Source: Gemmatimonadota bacterium
Lineage (GTDB): Bacteria; Gemmatimonadota; Gemmatimonadetes; Longimicrobiales; RSA9
DNA: 36,222 nucleotides
Direction: 5' to 3'
Assembly (NCBI GenBank): GCA_040905425.1
Contig: JBBDRO010000101.1
Coordinates: 29,005 to 65,226, forward strand
How positions within the stretch are numbered: position 1 is the first letter of the stretch; every line of letters begins with the position of its first letter. The notes below the pieces were generated by a model. That model was not told where the DNA came from. It made no database searches and worked only from the letters and a program-made list of their open reading frames with translations. This document shows, one piece after another, positions 20,265 to 29,741 of this stretch. Made by a program: the position numbers and the translations under genes.

Positions 20265-21509
20265 TTAAACCCGGCCGCCCTCGATGGCCACACGCTGCGC
20301 CACTCCCAGGCCTATGAACGTGGCCAGGAGGAAGGAGCCGCCGTAGCTCAGGAACGGGAGCGGGATGCCGGTGATGGGCATCACGCCCACCGTCATGCCC
20401 ACGTTCACCAGAATGTGAGTGAACCACGCTCCGAAGATACCGAACACCACGATTCCCGCAAACGGGTCGCCCAGCCGTTCGGCAATGGAGGCCAGCCGCC
20501 ACAGGATGAAGAAATAGACCAGCAGCACGCCCACGGCGCCCACGAAGCCCAGTTCCTCACCGATGACGGCGTAGATGAAGTCGGTCCACTGTTCCGGGAG
20601 GAAGGACAGCCGCTTCTGCGTCCCCTCCAGGAAGCCCTTGCCGCGGAGACCGCCGCTGCCGATGGCAATCTGGCTCTGGATGGAATGGTAGCCCGCGCCG
20701 AGTGGATCCATCTCGGGGTTCATGAAGGCCAGAATGCGGTTGCGCTGGTACTGCTCGAGTGAATTCCACAGGCCCACCGCGATGGTCCCCGACGCCAGAT
20801 TGGCCACGAGCACGGCCACCGCCTCCGACATGCGCACGCGATAGAGATAGAGAAAGACGATGAGCAGGATCATGTAGACCGAGTAGATCCAGCCCATGAA
20901 GGCCAGGAAGAGCGCCACAACGGGCGAGAGTAGCAGGAAGATGGCGCCCAGCGGCGCGCCTGCCCAGAAGAGGGTGGCCAGCAACACGCCGCCGAAGACC
21001 ATGGCCGTACCCAGATCCGGCTGCGCCAGGACGAGTAGCGTGGGCACGGCCGCGATCACGACCGGCTTCCACAACGCCCAGACGGTCGGGGGCGTCTCGC
21101 GCCAGCCGCCCATCACCTTGGCCAGCATGAGGATGGTGGCCACGTTCACGAACTGGGCGGGCTGGACGCGGATCGGCCCCACGGCCAGCCAGCTCTTGGT
21201 GCCGGCGGCGGTACCAGCCCCGGTGCCGATCGTGAGCGTCACCAGGAGCGTGGCCAGGCCACCGAAATAAGCCACCGGCGCCACCCACTCCAGCCAGCGG
21301 ACCGGAATGCGCAGCACAATGGCAAAGACGATCAGGGAAAGCACCAGCCAGACGAGCTGCGTGCGCCACAGGTTGGCCTCCAGCGCGCCCTGCCGCTCCA
21401 CCTGCCCGGCCGAGTAAATCATCACCACGCCGAACAGGGTGAGCCCGAGCACCGCAAAGAAGAGCCCCGGATCGCCGAAGAGCTTGCGAACCCGCTGGTA
21501 GATGCCCAT
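20265..21509 (-). CDS. rodA: SEDS peptidoglycan polymerase RodA (atypical QPAQFVN and QWTDF motifs)
   Basis: Multi-pass membrane protein with QPDLGTA, YQRNRI, GYHSIQSQIAIGSGG, LPEQWTDFI, GEELG, MPITGIPLPFLSYGGS; lies downstream of mreBCD. Confidence 0.93.
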   Translation of the reverse strand: MGIYQRVRKLFGDPGLFFAVLGLTLFGVVMIYSAGQVERQGALEANLWRTQLVWLVLSLIVFAIVLRIPVRWLEWVAPVAYFGGLATLLVTLTIGTGAGTAAGTKSWLAVGPIRVQPAQFVNVATILMLAKVMGGWRETPPTVWALWKPVVIAAVPTLLVLAQPDLGTAMVFGGVLLATLFWAGAPLGAIFLLLSPVVALFLAFMGWIYSVYMILLIVFLYLYRVRMSEAVAVLVANLASGTIAVGLWNSLEQYQRNRILAFMNPEMDPLGAGYHSIQSQIAIGSGGLRGKGFLEGTQKRLSFLPEQWTDFIYAVIGEELGFVGAVGVLLVYFFILWRLASIAERLGDPFAGIVVFGIFGAWFTHILVNVGMTVGVMPITGIPLPFLSYGGSFLLATFIGLGVAQRVAIEGGRV

Positions 21510-21515
21510 GGCGGC

Positions 21516-21548
21516 TCAGGCCGCCCGGCGCCGGGCGCCCGCCCGCAT
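21516..21548 (-). other. 10-codon mini-ORF (MRAGARRRAA) between mreD and rodA; possible scar of a lost mrdA
   Basis: ATG overlaps the mreD stop as TGATG, the same coupling as mreC/mreD; its stop lies 6 nt before the rodA ATG. Confidence 0.35.
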
Positions 21549-22033
21549 CAGCGCTCGCCTCCGGCCGAGCGGAAGAGGATGAGCGCCACCAGCCCCGCAC
21601 CCGCCGCGTAGGCCGCGGCGATCGGCGCGCTGGTGAGCAGCACGTTCACGGCGTCCTCCGTGCCTCCCCGGGAGAGCCCCAGCAGGAAGTAGAGCGCGTC
21701 GTGGAGCCACTTGCCCAGGAACAGGTAGAGCGCGCCGAAGAGCAGGCTCTCCCCCTCGAACAGGTCGCGCGTGCGGGAGCCCAGGTAGCAGACCACCGTG
21801 AGGGCCACCGCGCTGGCGCCGAACGCGGTGAGCGAGAGGACGTCATTGAGCAGGCCGAGCACCAGGCCCAGCAGCGCCGCCCCGGCGCCCGGCAGCCGAC
21901 GGGCGCCCAGCAGCGCGGCCACCGTGAGCAGGTCGGGCGCCGAGCGGCCCAACCCCAGTGTCAGGTGGAGGGTAAAGTGCAGTACCACCAGGATGGCCAC
22001 GAAAAGCCAGAACTTGCCGCGTCGTGCCGCCAT
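21548..22033 (-). CDS. mreD: Rod shape-determining protein MreD
   Basis: Start re-called to ATG 22033 (TGATG overlap with mreC). 161 aa, hydrophobic, PDL motif and GLVLGLLNDVLS..FG. Confidence 0.88.
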   Translation of the reverse strand: MAARRGKFWLFVAILVVLHFTLHLTLGLGRSAPDLLTVAALLGARRLPGAGAALLGLVLGLLNDVLSLTAFGASAVALTVVCYLGSRTRDLFEGESLLFGALYLFLGKWLHDALYFLLGLSRGGTEDAVNVLLTSAPIAAAYAAGAGLVALILFRSAGGER

Positions 22034-22935
22034 CAGCCGCCCCCCGCCGGGCCGCGAATGCTGGCCGTGTCGGGATTGCTGGCCGTGTCGGGCGGAGCCG
22101 ACACGTTCCACACGTCGGCCAGGTCACCCTGGTTCGCGCCCACCCGCACCAGCACGGTGCGCACGGCCTCGGGGCGCACGGCGGGCAGCAGCAGGTAGCT
22201 CTTGCGCCAGCCCGTGTCCGCCTCGTCGATGCCCAGCACGGTGCCCAGCAGGATGCCGCGCGGGAAGACGTCCCCGCGCCCGGAGGTCACCACCCGGCGG
22301 CCGGGACCGATATCGCTGTGGAAGGGCGCGCCGGTGAGCGCCAGCACGTCCTCCTCGCGGAAGCGTCCGCGGCGCACCTCTACCAGGCCGTAGGCTGCGC
22401 CGTCCGCCGTCATGGCGCTGGCGCGGAAATCGGGATGGGTCCAGTCGATGGCCTGGGCGCGGTGCTCGTCCACCTCCCACACCACGCCGAGCAGCCCTTC
22501 CGGCGTGAGCACGATGCTCCCCTCCTGTACCCCCTCCGCGGCACCCACACTCACCAGGAAGGTGCTCTCGGCGGGGTCCAGGCCCACCTGGATGACGTCC
22601 GCGGGGATGTACTCCTCCGCCAGGCGGGAGCGCAGGCCGAGCGTGGCGCGGAGGCGCGCGTTCTCCTCGGCCAGTGTGGCCTGGGCCGCCGCCACGGCAC
22701 CGAGCGAGTCCCGCTGGGCGCGGAGCTGCACCACGTCCACGCCCAGCGCCCGGCGGGCCCCGATGGCCTCCTGCGTGGCCAGGAATGGCCGCAGCGCGGT
22801 GGCGCGCAGATTGGCGCGTACCACACTCTGCCACTCCGGTGGCATGAGCCACAGAAAAAACGCGAGCGCCAGCACGCCGCCCGCGAGCGCCGCATCGCGT
22901 CGTCGTTCCCTGCGCGTTACATCGAAGTCGAGCAC
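22033..22935 (-). CDS. mreC: Rod shape-determining protein MreC
   Basis: N-terminal TM helix, coiled coil with EENARLR, GLLG, VVTSG.G..FPRGILLG; follows mreB. Confidence 0.92.
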   Translation of the reverse strand: MLDFDVTRRERRRDAALAGGVLALAFFLWLMPPEWQSVVRANLRATALRPFLATQEAIGARRALGVDVVQLRAQRDSLGAVAAAQATLAEENARLRATLGLRSRLAEEYIPADVIQVGLDPAESTFLVSVGAAEGVQEGSIVLTPEGLLGVVWEVDEHRAQAIDWTHPDFRASAMTADGAAYGLVEVRRGRFREEDVLALTGAPFHSDIGPGRRVVTSGRGDVFPRGILLGTVLGIDEADTGWRKSYLLLPAVRPEAVRTVLVRVGANQGDLADVWNVSAPPDTASNPDTASIRGPAGGG

Positions 22936-23025
22936 CTGGTGTCCCTCAGAAGTTCGCCCGCGGTCGACGCCGCCGGGGGCCGCACGCGCCTCTGCACCTC
23001 ACGTGCCGTGGGCGCGGTGAGCGGC

Positions 23026-24066
23026 TCAGGCGTTGAGGACGCCGCGGTAGCGTTCGAACTCGTCGAGGATGCGGCCGGCACCTCGCACCACACAGGTGAG
23101 CGGCTCCTCGTCCACGTGGATGGGCAGGTTGGTCTCGTGCGCCAGCAGGTCATCCAGACCGCGGATGAGTGCGCCGCCACCGGTCATGACGATGCCGCGG
23201 TCTACGATGTCGGAGGCCAGCTCAGGCGGGGTGATCTCGAGCGCCCGACGCACGGCGTCCACGATCTGCTGGACCGGTTCCTGGATGCACTCGCGGATCT
23301 CCTGGGAATGCACCTTCACCGTCTTCGGAATGCCGCTCACCAGGTCGCGCCCCTTCACTTCCATCTCCCGCTCGTCCCCGCTGTTGAAGGCGGAACCGAT
23401 CTGGATCTTGATGGCCTCGGCCGTGGGCTCGCCGATGAGCAGGTTGTAGTTCTTGCGCAGGAAGGAGACGATGGCGTTGTCGATCTCGTCCCCACCCACG
23501 CGGATGGAGGTGTCAGACACGATGCCGTTCAGCGCGATCACCGCGATCTCCGTGGTGCCGCCGCCGATGTCGATGACCATGTTGCCGGTGGGCGTGTCCA
23601 CGGGAAGGCCCACGCCGATGGCGGCGGCCATGGGCTCGGCCACCATGAAGACTTCCTTTGCACCCGCCGCGGCCGCGCTCGAGCGCACGGCGCGCCGCTC
23701 CAACTCGGTGATCCCGGATGGTACACCCACCACCACGCGCGGCTTCATGCGGAAGATGCGCTTGTTGGTCACCTGCCGCAGGAAGTGGCGGAGCATGATC
23801 TCGGTGATGTCCACGTCGGCAATGACGCCGTCCTTGAGCGGCCGCATCGCCATGATGCCCTCGGGCGTCCGGCCCAGCATGCGCTTGGCCTCCAGCCCGA
23901 TGCCCTTGATGCGATGGGAGCCGCGCTCCACCGCCACCACGGACGGCTCGTTCAGGACAATGCCTTCACCCTTCACGTAGACGAGGGTGTTGGCCGTGCC
24001 CAGATCGACGGCGATGTCATTGACCGGCAGGAGGCTGCCAGTGCTAAAAAAACCGCGAAAGCTCAT
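23026..24066 (-). CDS. mreB: Actin-like MreB
   Basis: Start re-called to ATG 24066. DLGTANT, EPSVVA, RPLKDGVIAD, EPMAAAIG, DIGGGTTE, TPPELASDI, TGGGAL. Confidence 0.97.
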   Translation of the reverse strand: MSFRGFFSTGSLLPVNDIAVDLGTANTLVYVKGEGIVLNEPSVVAVERGSHRIKGIGLEAKRMLGRTPEGIMAMRPLKDGVIADVDITEIMLRHFLRQVTNKRIFRMKPRVVVGVPSGITELERRAVRSSAAAAGAKEVFMVAEPMAAAIGVGLPVDTPTGNMVIDIGGGTTEIAVIALNGIVSDTSIRVGGDEIDNAIVSFLRKNYNLLIGEPTAEAIKIQIGSAFNSGDEREMEVKGRDLVSGIPKTVKVHSQEIRECIQEPVQQIVDAVRRALEITPPELASDIVDRGIVMTGGGALIRGLDDLLAHETNLPIHVDEEPLTCVVRGAGRILDEFERYRGVLNA

Positions 24067-24165
24067 ATGCCTGTGGGCGGGGGTGGGCCCGGGGAGGCCG
24101 CGTTCCCTGACTGCATCAGATAGCCGGTTGCGCGCCCGGATACCGCGCGTTTTCGGGAAAGTGGC

Positions 24166-24194
24166 AAGGTAGCCGCGCCCCGGCGGGGTCGCAA
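24166..24194 (-). promoter_or_regulatory. Putative sigma70 promoter of the mre operon
   Basis: TTGCGA (24194-24189), 17-nt spacer, TACCTT (24171-24166), about 100 nt upstream of mreB. Confidence 0.55.
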
Positions 24195-24223
24195 GCACGC
24201 CGGCGAGGGGAAAGGTGCCGCTT

Positions 24224-24682
24224 TCATCGGCCGGTGCTCCCGAAGCCGCCGGCGCCACGACCGCTCTCCGGCAGCTCCGGTCGTTCCTCCCAGGCCAGGC
24301 GCGCCACGGGCGCCAGCACGAGCTGCGCGATCCGTTCGCCGTGGGCAATCTCCTGGGGACCGGCGTCGAAATTGATCAGGGGGACGCGGATCTCGCCGCG
24401 GTAGTCACTGTCGATGGTGCCGGGCGCGTTGACGATGCCCACGCCCCGCCTGGCGGCCAGCCCCGAGCGGGGCCGTACCTGCGCCTCGTAGCCGGGCGGC
24501 AGCGCCACCGCCAGACCGCTCGGCACCAGCCGCCGCTCGAGCGGCTGGAGGACGAACGCCTCGCCGGCGTTGCGCAGGTCCACGCCCGCGGCGCCCGCCG
24601 TGGCATAGGTGGGCAGCGCCCAGTCCGCCGGATGGTGCGGCAGGCGGCGGACGGGCACGCGTACGGCGTCCGCGTCCGCCAC
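24224..24682 (-). CDS. dut: dUTP diphosphatase
   Basis: [38 protein letters not shown] (five dUTPase motifs). Confidence 0.97.
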   Translation of the reverse strand: MADADAVRVPVRRLPHHPADWALPTYATAGAAGVDLRNAGEAFVLQPLERRLVPSGLAVALPPGYEAQVRPRSGLAARRGVGIVNAPGTIDSDYRGEIRVPLINFDAGPQEIAHGERIAQLVLAPVARLAWEERPELPESGRGAGGFGSTGR

Positions 24683-24718
24683 CTACGCCACCGCTTCCGC
24701 AGGGGTGGGTGAGGCCAA

Positions 24719-25831
24719 CTAGAGCACCTCTTCCACCGGGGTGTAGGGCAGGTCGAAGGCCTCCGCCACGCCCGGGTAGGTGATCTTCCCGTCCACCGCG
24801 TTGACGCCGAGCGCCAGGGCGCGATCCTGCCGGCAGGCGTCCTTCCAGCCCTTGGCCGCCAGCGCCACGGCATACGGGAAGGTAGCGTTCGTCAGAGCCA
24901 GCGTGGATGTCCGCGAGACGGCCCCCGGCATGTTGGCCACGGCGTAATGGATGACGCCGTCCACCACGTAGATCGGGTCCTCATGGGTGGTGGCCTTGAT
25001 GGTCTCCACGCAGCCCCCCTGATCCACGGCCACGTCCACGATGACCGACCCCGGCTTCATGTACTTCAGGTCCTCGCGCCGCACCAGGCTCGGGGCTTTG
25101 GCCCCGGGCAGGAGGACCGCGCCCACCAGGATGTCCGCCTTCTCCAGCATGGCGCGAACGTTGTAGGGGTTGGAGTGCAGCGTGGTCACGTTGGCCGGCA
25201 TGACGTCCGCCAGATAGCGGAGCCGGTTCAGCGACACGTCCAGGATGTACACGTGGGCGCCCAGACCGGCGGCCATGCGTGCCGCGTTGGAGCCCACGAT
25301 GCCGCCACCCAGCACCACCACGGTGGCGGGCTCCACACCCGGCACCCCGCCCACCAGGATACCGCGCCCGCCGAAGAACTTCTCCAGGTACTTGGCGCCC
25401 TCCTGCACCGCCATGCGGCCGGCCACCTCACTCATGGGCGTGAGCAGGGGCAGTTCGCCCGTGGGCAGCTGCACCGTCTCGTAGGCAATGGCCACCGCCC
25501 CGGAATCCATCACCGCCCGCGTGAGCTCCTCGTCCGCCGCGAAGTGGAAGTACGTGAAGATCACCTGATCCCGGCGCATGCGCGGCCACTCGGGCTTGAT
25601 CGGCTCTTTGACCTTCATGATCATGTCGGCGCGGGCCCACACGTCATCCACTGCAGCCACGATCTCGGCGCCGCCGTGCATGTAATCCTCATCCTCGAAG
25701 CCGCTGCCCTCCCCCGCCGAGCGCTCGATGAGCACCGTGTGGCCGGCGCGTACGAGCGCCTCCGCCCCACCCGGCACCAGGGCCACGCGGTTCTCGTTGT
25801 TCTTGATTTCCTTCGGTACGCCTATGATCAT
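24719..25831 (-). CDS. ald: Alanine dehydrogenase
   Basis: Start re-called to ATG 25831 (370 aa). [58 protein letters not shown]. Confidence 0.96.
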   Translation of the reverse strand: MIIGVPKEIKNNENRVALVPGGAEALVRAGHTVLIERSAGEGSGFEDEDYMHGGAEIVAAVDDVWARADMIMKVKEPIKPEWPRMRRDQVIFTYFHFAADEELTRAVMDSGAVAIAYETVQLPTGELPLLTPMSEVAGRMAVQEGAKYLEKFFGGRGILVGGVPGVEPATVVVLGGGIVGSNAARMAAGLGAHVYILDVSLNRLRYLADVMPANVTTLHSNPYNVRAMLEKADILVGAVLLPGAKAPSLVRREDLKYMKPGSVIVDVAVDQGGCVETIKATTHEDPIYVVDGVIHYAVANMPGAVSRTSTLALTNATFPYAVALAAKGWKDACRQDRALALGVNAVDGKITYPGVAEAFDLPYTPVEEVL

Positions 25832-25853
25832 GGCTCCCCGCCCTCTCTTATGG

Positions 25854-27089
25854 TCATTCCTCCGGACCGAGGCACAGGCCCACCTGCCGCTCGGGCGCGA
25901 AGTATTCGGCCGCCAGCTCCGCGACATCTGCGCGGGTGACCGCATCCACGCAGGCCATCACCTCCTCGGCGGTGCGGAACGGTTCCCCGTACAGCTCTGT
26001 CCCCGCCAGGCGGTGCAGGCGTGAGCCGCTGGACTCCAGCGCCAGCACGATCTGCCCCTTGACCTGCCCCTTGATGTCCGCCAGCTCCTCGGCGCTAAGC
26101 CCCTCCGCCGCCAGCCGCGCGAACTCGTGGAGAATCGTATCCCGAGCGCGCCGCGTCCAGTCCGGACGGGTGCCCACGTAGACCCCGGTGAGGCCCGCCC
26201 CTGCGTAGAAGGACTGAAACGAGAAGACCGCGTAGGCCAATCCGAGCTCCTCCCTTACCTTCTGGAAGAGGCGCGAGCTCATGCCGCCGCCGAAGGCGTT
26301 GGACAGGAGTACGAGCGCATAGCGCCGCGGATCGCCGTGCCCGAAGGTGTGCGTGCCCAGCACCAGATGGCTCTGGGCCGAGTCGCGCGCCACATACTCA
26401 TGGCCGGGCGCGAGCGCGCCGACCGGTGGAGGCGCGGGCGGCCGGGCACCGTTCGGCGAGGCCTCGAACAGGCGCCGCACGCGCTCGGTAAAGGCGTGGT
26501 GCTCGACCGCGCCCACGGCCGCCACCACGAGGTTCGGCCGCCGGTAGCGGGCCGCATGGGCCTCCGCAAGGGCGGCCGCGTCCAGCGTGGCCACCGTGTC
26601 CCGGGTGCCCAGGATGCTGTAGCCGTACGGGTGCTCCCCCCAGAGGCGCGCCGCGTGCAGATCGAACACCAGGTCGTCCGGCGTATCCTCCACGGTGGCG
26701 ATCTCCTCCAGCACCACCTCCCGCTCCAGCTCCAGATCCGGCTCCCGGAAGAGCGGGTTCAGCACGATGTCCCCCAGCACGTCCAGCGCCAGCGCCGCGT
26801 CCTCGGACAACACGCGCGCCTGAAAGCTGGTGTGCTCGCGAGTGGTATAGGCATCCAGCGAGCCGCCCACGCGCTCCAGCGCCAGGGCAATGTCCCGGGC
26901 GGAGCGTGTGGGCGTTCCCTTGAATACCATGTGTTCGATGAGGTGGCTGACCCCCATGCGCTGCGGCGGCTCCGTGACGGAGCCCGCGCGCACCCAGACG
27001 CCGATGGATACGGAACGGGCGGTGGGCACCTGCTCGGTCGTCACGACCAGCCCACCGCCCAGCTCCTCGCGGGCGTACCGCTCGAGCAC
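25854..27089 (-). CDS. M16-family (pitrilysin-like) zinc peptidase
   Basis: Start re-called to GTG 27089. Inverted zinc motif HLIEH, AYTTREHT, EREVVLEEI, SSRLFQKVREELGLAY; usual position downstream of pnp. Confidence 0.93.
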   Translation of the reverse strand: MLERYAREELGGGLVVTTEQVPTARSVSIGVWVRAGSVTEPPQRMGVSHLIEHMVFKGTPTRSARDIALALERVGGSLDAYTTREHTSFQARVLSEDAALALDVLGDIVLNPLFREPDLELEREVVLEEIATVEDTPDDLVFDLHAARLWGEHPYGYSILGTRDTVATLDAAALAEAHAARYRRPNLVVAAVGAVEHHAFTERVRRLFEASPNGARPPAPPPVGALAPGHEYVARDSAQSHLVLGTHTFGHGDPRRYALVLLSNAFGGGMSSRLFQKVREELGLAYAVFSFQSFYAGAGLTGVYVGTRPDWTRRARDTILHEFARLAAEGLSAEELADIKGQVKGQIVLALESSGSRLHRLAGTELYGEPFRTAEEVMACVDAVTRADVAELAAEYFAPERQVGLCLGPEE

Positions 27090-27115
27090 CGGCGTGTCCC
27101 GCTTCCGGCCGGCGC

Positions 27116-29248
27116 TCAGTCCGCCGACTCGGCGGGAGCGGCAGCGCTCCCGGCGGCGGCGGGCGTGCCCTCCTCCGCCAGCGCGGCCTTGCGGGACAGC
27201 CGCAGGCGGCCCTTCTCGTCGATCGAGAGGAGCTTCACCCGCACGATGTCCCCCTTCTTGACCACGTCCTCCGTGTTCTCCGTGCGCTGCTCCTGCAGCT
27301 CGGAGATGTGGCACAGGCCCTCCGTGCCCGGGATGATCTCGATGAAGGCACCGAAGGAGGTGGTGTTCTTGACCGGCCCCTCGTAGATGAGGCCCACCTC
27401 GGGCTCCTTGGTCATGGCCTCGATGCGCTCCTTGGCCTTCTGGCCGCCGAGCCCCGCCACGCTGGCAATCTTGATCATGCCCGAATCGTCGATCGTGATC
27501 TGCGCGCCGGTCTCATCCTGGATGGCCCGAATGGTCTTGCCCTTGGGCCCGATCACCTCCCCGATCTTCTCGGGGTTGATGTGGATGGTGATGATCTGCG
27601 GCGCCCACGGAGACATCTCCTCGCGGTGCGCGGGGAGCGTCTGGTCCATGTGATCCAGGATGTGCAGGCGTGCCTTGTTGGCCCGCTGCAGGGCGTCCCG
27701 CATGATCTCCACCGTGAGCCCCTGGACCTTGATGTCCATCTGGATGGAGGTCACGCCCTGGCGGGTGCCGGCCACCTTGAAGTCCATGTCACCCAGCGCG
27801 TCCTCCACGCCCAGGATGTCCGTCAGGACCACTACCTTGTCACCTTCCTTGATGAGCCCCATGGCCACACCGGCCACCGGTGCGCGCAGCGGCACGCCGG
27901 CGTCCATCAGGGAGAGGGACGCGGCGCACACGGACGCCATCGAGGAGGAGCCGTTGGACTCCAGCACCTCGGACACCACGCGGATGGTGTAGGGGAAATC
28001 CTCCACCGCGGGCAGCATCGGCAGAATGGCCCGCTCCGCCAGCGCGCCGTGCCCCTGTTCCCGGCGCGACGTGCCGCGCAGCGGCTTGGCCTCTCCGGTG
28101 CAGAAGGGCGGGAAGTTGTAGTGGAGCATGAAGGACTTCTTGACCTCGGTGGCGCTGTCGATGGAATCGATGCGCTGCTCGTCCCGCTCGGTGCCCAGCG
28201 TGACCACGCCGAGCGCCTGCGTCTGCCCACGGGTGAAGAGGGCCGAGCCGTGCGTACGCGGCAGGAGGCCCACCTCGGAGCGGAGCTCACGGACCTGGTC
28301 CGGCTTGCGGCCGTCGGTGCGGACGCCCTGCTCGATGATCTGGCGGCGCATGGCGCCCTTCTCGGTCTGGTAGAGGAGCTCCTTGACCATGCCGTCCTGG
28401 TCCGGGAAGTCCTCGGCCAGCGCCTCGCGCGCCTCACTGCGGATGGCCGAGAGCAACTCGGTGCGCTCGGCCTTGTCGGCAATGCCCATGGCGTCGGTGA
28501 TGCGAGCGTCCACCATCTCACCCAGCTTCTCGGCCAGTTCGGGCGAGGGCTCGGTAGACTCCCACTCCATGGTGGCCTGCTGCACCGGGGCTATCAGCTC
28601 GCGCTGGATGCCGATCAGTTCCTTGATGCCCTCATGCGCGGCCAGCAGACCCTCGGCGATCTCCTCCTCCGGAACCTCCACCGCGCTGCCCTCCACCATC
28701 TGGATGGCCTTCTGGGTGCCGGCCACCACGATCTCCACGTCACTGAACTCGAGCTGTTGGAAGGTGGGGTTCAACACCCACTGCCCCTGGATGCGGCCCA
28801 GGCGTACGGCGGCCACCGGCTCATCGAAGGGGATCTTGGACATGCACAGCGCCGCGGAGGCGCCGAGCAGCCCCAGCACGTCGGCGTTGTTCTCCTGGTC
28901 CGCGGACAGCACGTGGACCATGACCTGGGTCTCGTTCTGGAACGAGTCCGGGAAGAGCGGGCGGATGGGCCGGTCGATCTGGCGGGCGGCCAGGACTTCA
29001 CTCTCGCCCGGTCGGCCCTCGCGCTTGAAGAACCCTCCGGGAATCTTGCCCGCGGCGTAGGAACGGTCGCGGTACTCCACGGTGAGGGGGAAGAAGGGCA
29101 GATGCGTGGGCCTGTCCTGCGCCGTGGCTGTGCACAGTGCCACCGTCTCCCCGTACTGCACCAGGCAGGCGCCGTGCGCCTGCCGTGCCATGCGGCCCGT
29201 CTCCAGGATCAGGGGCCGTCCTGCGAACGTCGTTTCGATTCTCTGCAT
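27116..29248 (-). CDS. pnp: Polyribonucleotide nucleotidyltransferase
   Basis: FFPLTVEY, IPGGFFKREG, HGSALFTRGQTQ, ESNGSSSMASVC, EDALGDMDFKVAG; KH (IGPKGK) and S1 domains. Confidence 0.98.
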   Translation of the reverse strand: MQRIETTFAGRPLILETGRMARQAHGACLVQYGETVALCTATAQDRPTHLPFFPLTVEYRDRSYAAGKIPGGFFKREGRPGESEVLAARQIDRPIRPLFPDSFQNETQVMVHVLSADQENNADVLGLLGASAALCMSKIPFDEPVAAVRLGRIQGQWVLNPTFQQLEFSDVEIVVAGTQKAIQMVEGSAVEVPEEEIAEGLLAAHEGIKELIGIQRELIAPVQQATMEWESTEPSPELAEKLGEMVDARITDAMGIADKAERTELLSAIRSEAREALAEDFPDQDGMVKELLYQTEKGAMRRQIIEQGVRTDGRKPDQVRELRSEVGLLPRTHGSALFTRGQTQALGVVTLGTERDEQRIDSIDSATEVKKSFMLHYNFPPFCTGEAKPLRGTSRREQGHGALAERAILPMLPAVEDFPYTIRVVSEVLESNGSSSMASVCAASLSLMDAGVPLRAPVAGVAMGLIKEGDKVVVLTDILGVEDALGDMDFKVAGTRQGVTSIQMDIKVQGLTVEIMRDALQRANKARLHILDHMDQTLPAHREEMSPWAPQIITIHINPEKIGEVIGPKGKTIRAIQDETGAQITIDDSGMIKIASVAGLGGQKAKERIEAMTKEPEVGLIYEGPVKNTTSFGAFIEIIPGTEGLCHISELQEQRTENTEDVVKKGDIVRVKLLSIDEKGRLRLSRKAALAEEGTPAAAGSAAAPAESAD

Positions 29249-29292
29249 GCGTCGTGGTCTCTCTTTTCTCTTGCCGCTTTGTGGCTCGTTGC

Positions 29293-29376
29293 CTTCGTGC
29301 CGGGGCTACCCCAGCCCCTTCAACACGAAGGGGCGTGGCCGTTTGCCCACGCCCCTTCCGCCGGAGTCTCCGGCGG
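29293..29376 (-). promoter_or_regulatory. Structured rpsO-pnp intercistronic RNA (three hairpins; terminator or processing site)
   Basis: Inverted repeats at 29358-29376 (8-9 bp), 29327-29358 (12 bp) and 29293-29330 (7+6 bp). Confidence 0.7.
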
Positions 29377-29388
29377 CCCTGCCTGCGA

Positions 29389-29649
29389 TCAGTGCCGGAG
29401 TCCGAGCTCCTCGATGATCGCGCGATAACGTTCGATGTCCCGGCTCTTCAGGTAATCCAGCAGCCGGCGCCGCTTGCCCACCATCTTGAGCAGGCCGCGG
29501 CGGCTGTGATGATCCTGTTTGTGAGCCCGGAAATGATCGGTGAGATCGTTGATGCGGGCGGTCAGGAGCGCAATCTGGATCGGGGGGCTGCCCCGATCGG
29601 TCTCATGGCTCCGGAACTTCTCGATTATGACTTCTTTGTTGATCGGCAT
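29389..29649 (-). CDS. rpsO: 30S ribosomal protein S15
   Basis: Start re-called to ATG 29649 after GGAGAGG (86 aa). [38 protein letters not shown]. Confidence 0.98.
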   Translation of the reverse strand: MPINKEVIIEKFRSHETDRGSPPIQIALLTARINDLTDHFRAHKQDHHSRRGLLKMVGKRRRLLDYLKSRDIERYRAIIEELGLRH

Positions 29650-29712
29650 TCTGGCCTCTCCGAGAGTCTGCGCTGGTCGGGAAGCGGGCGTCCTCATGGC
29701 GCCAAGCCCTTT

Positions 29713-29741
29713 AGTCTAGCGGGATTCTGGCTTTCTGGCAA
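29713..29741 (-). promoter_or_regulatory. sigma70 promoter of rpsO-pnp
   Basis: TTGCCA (29741-29736), 17-nt spacer, TAGACT (29718-29713); predicts a leader of about 57 nt. Confidence 0.75.
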
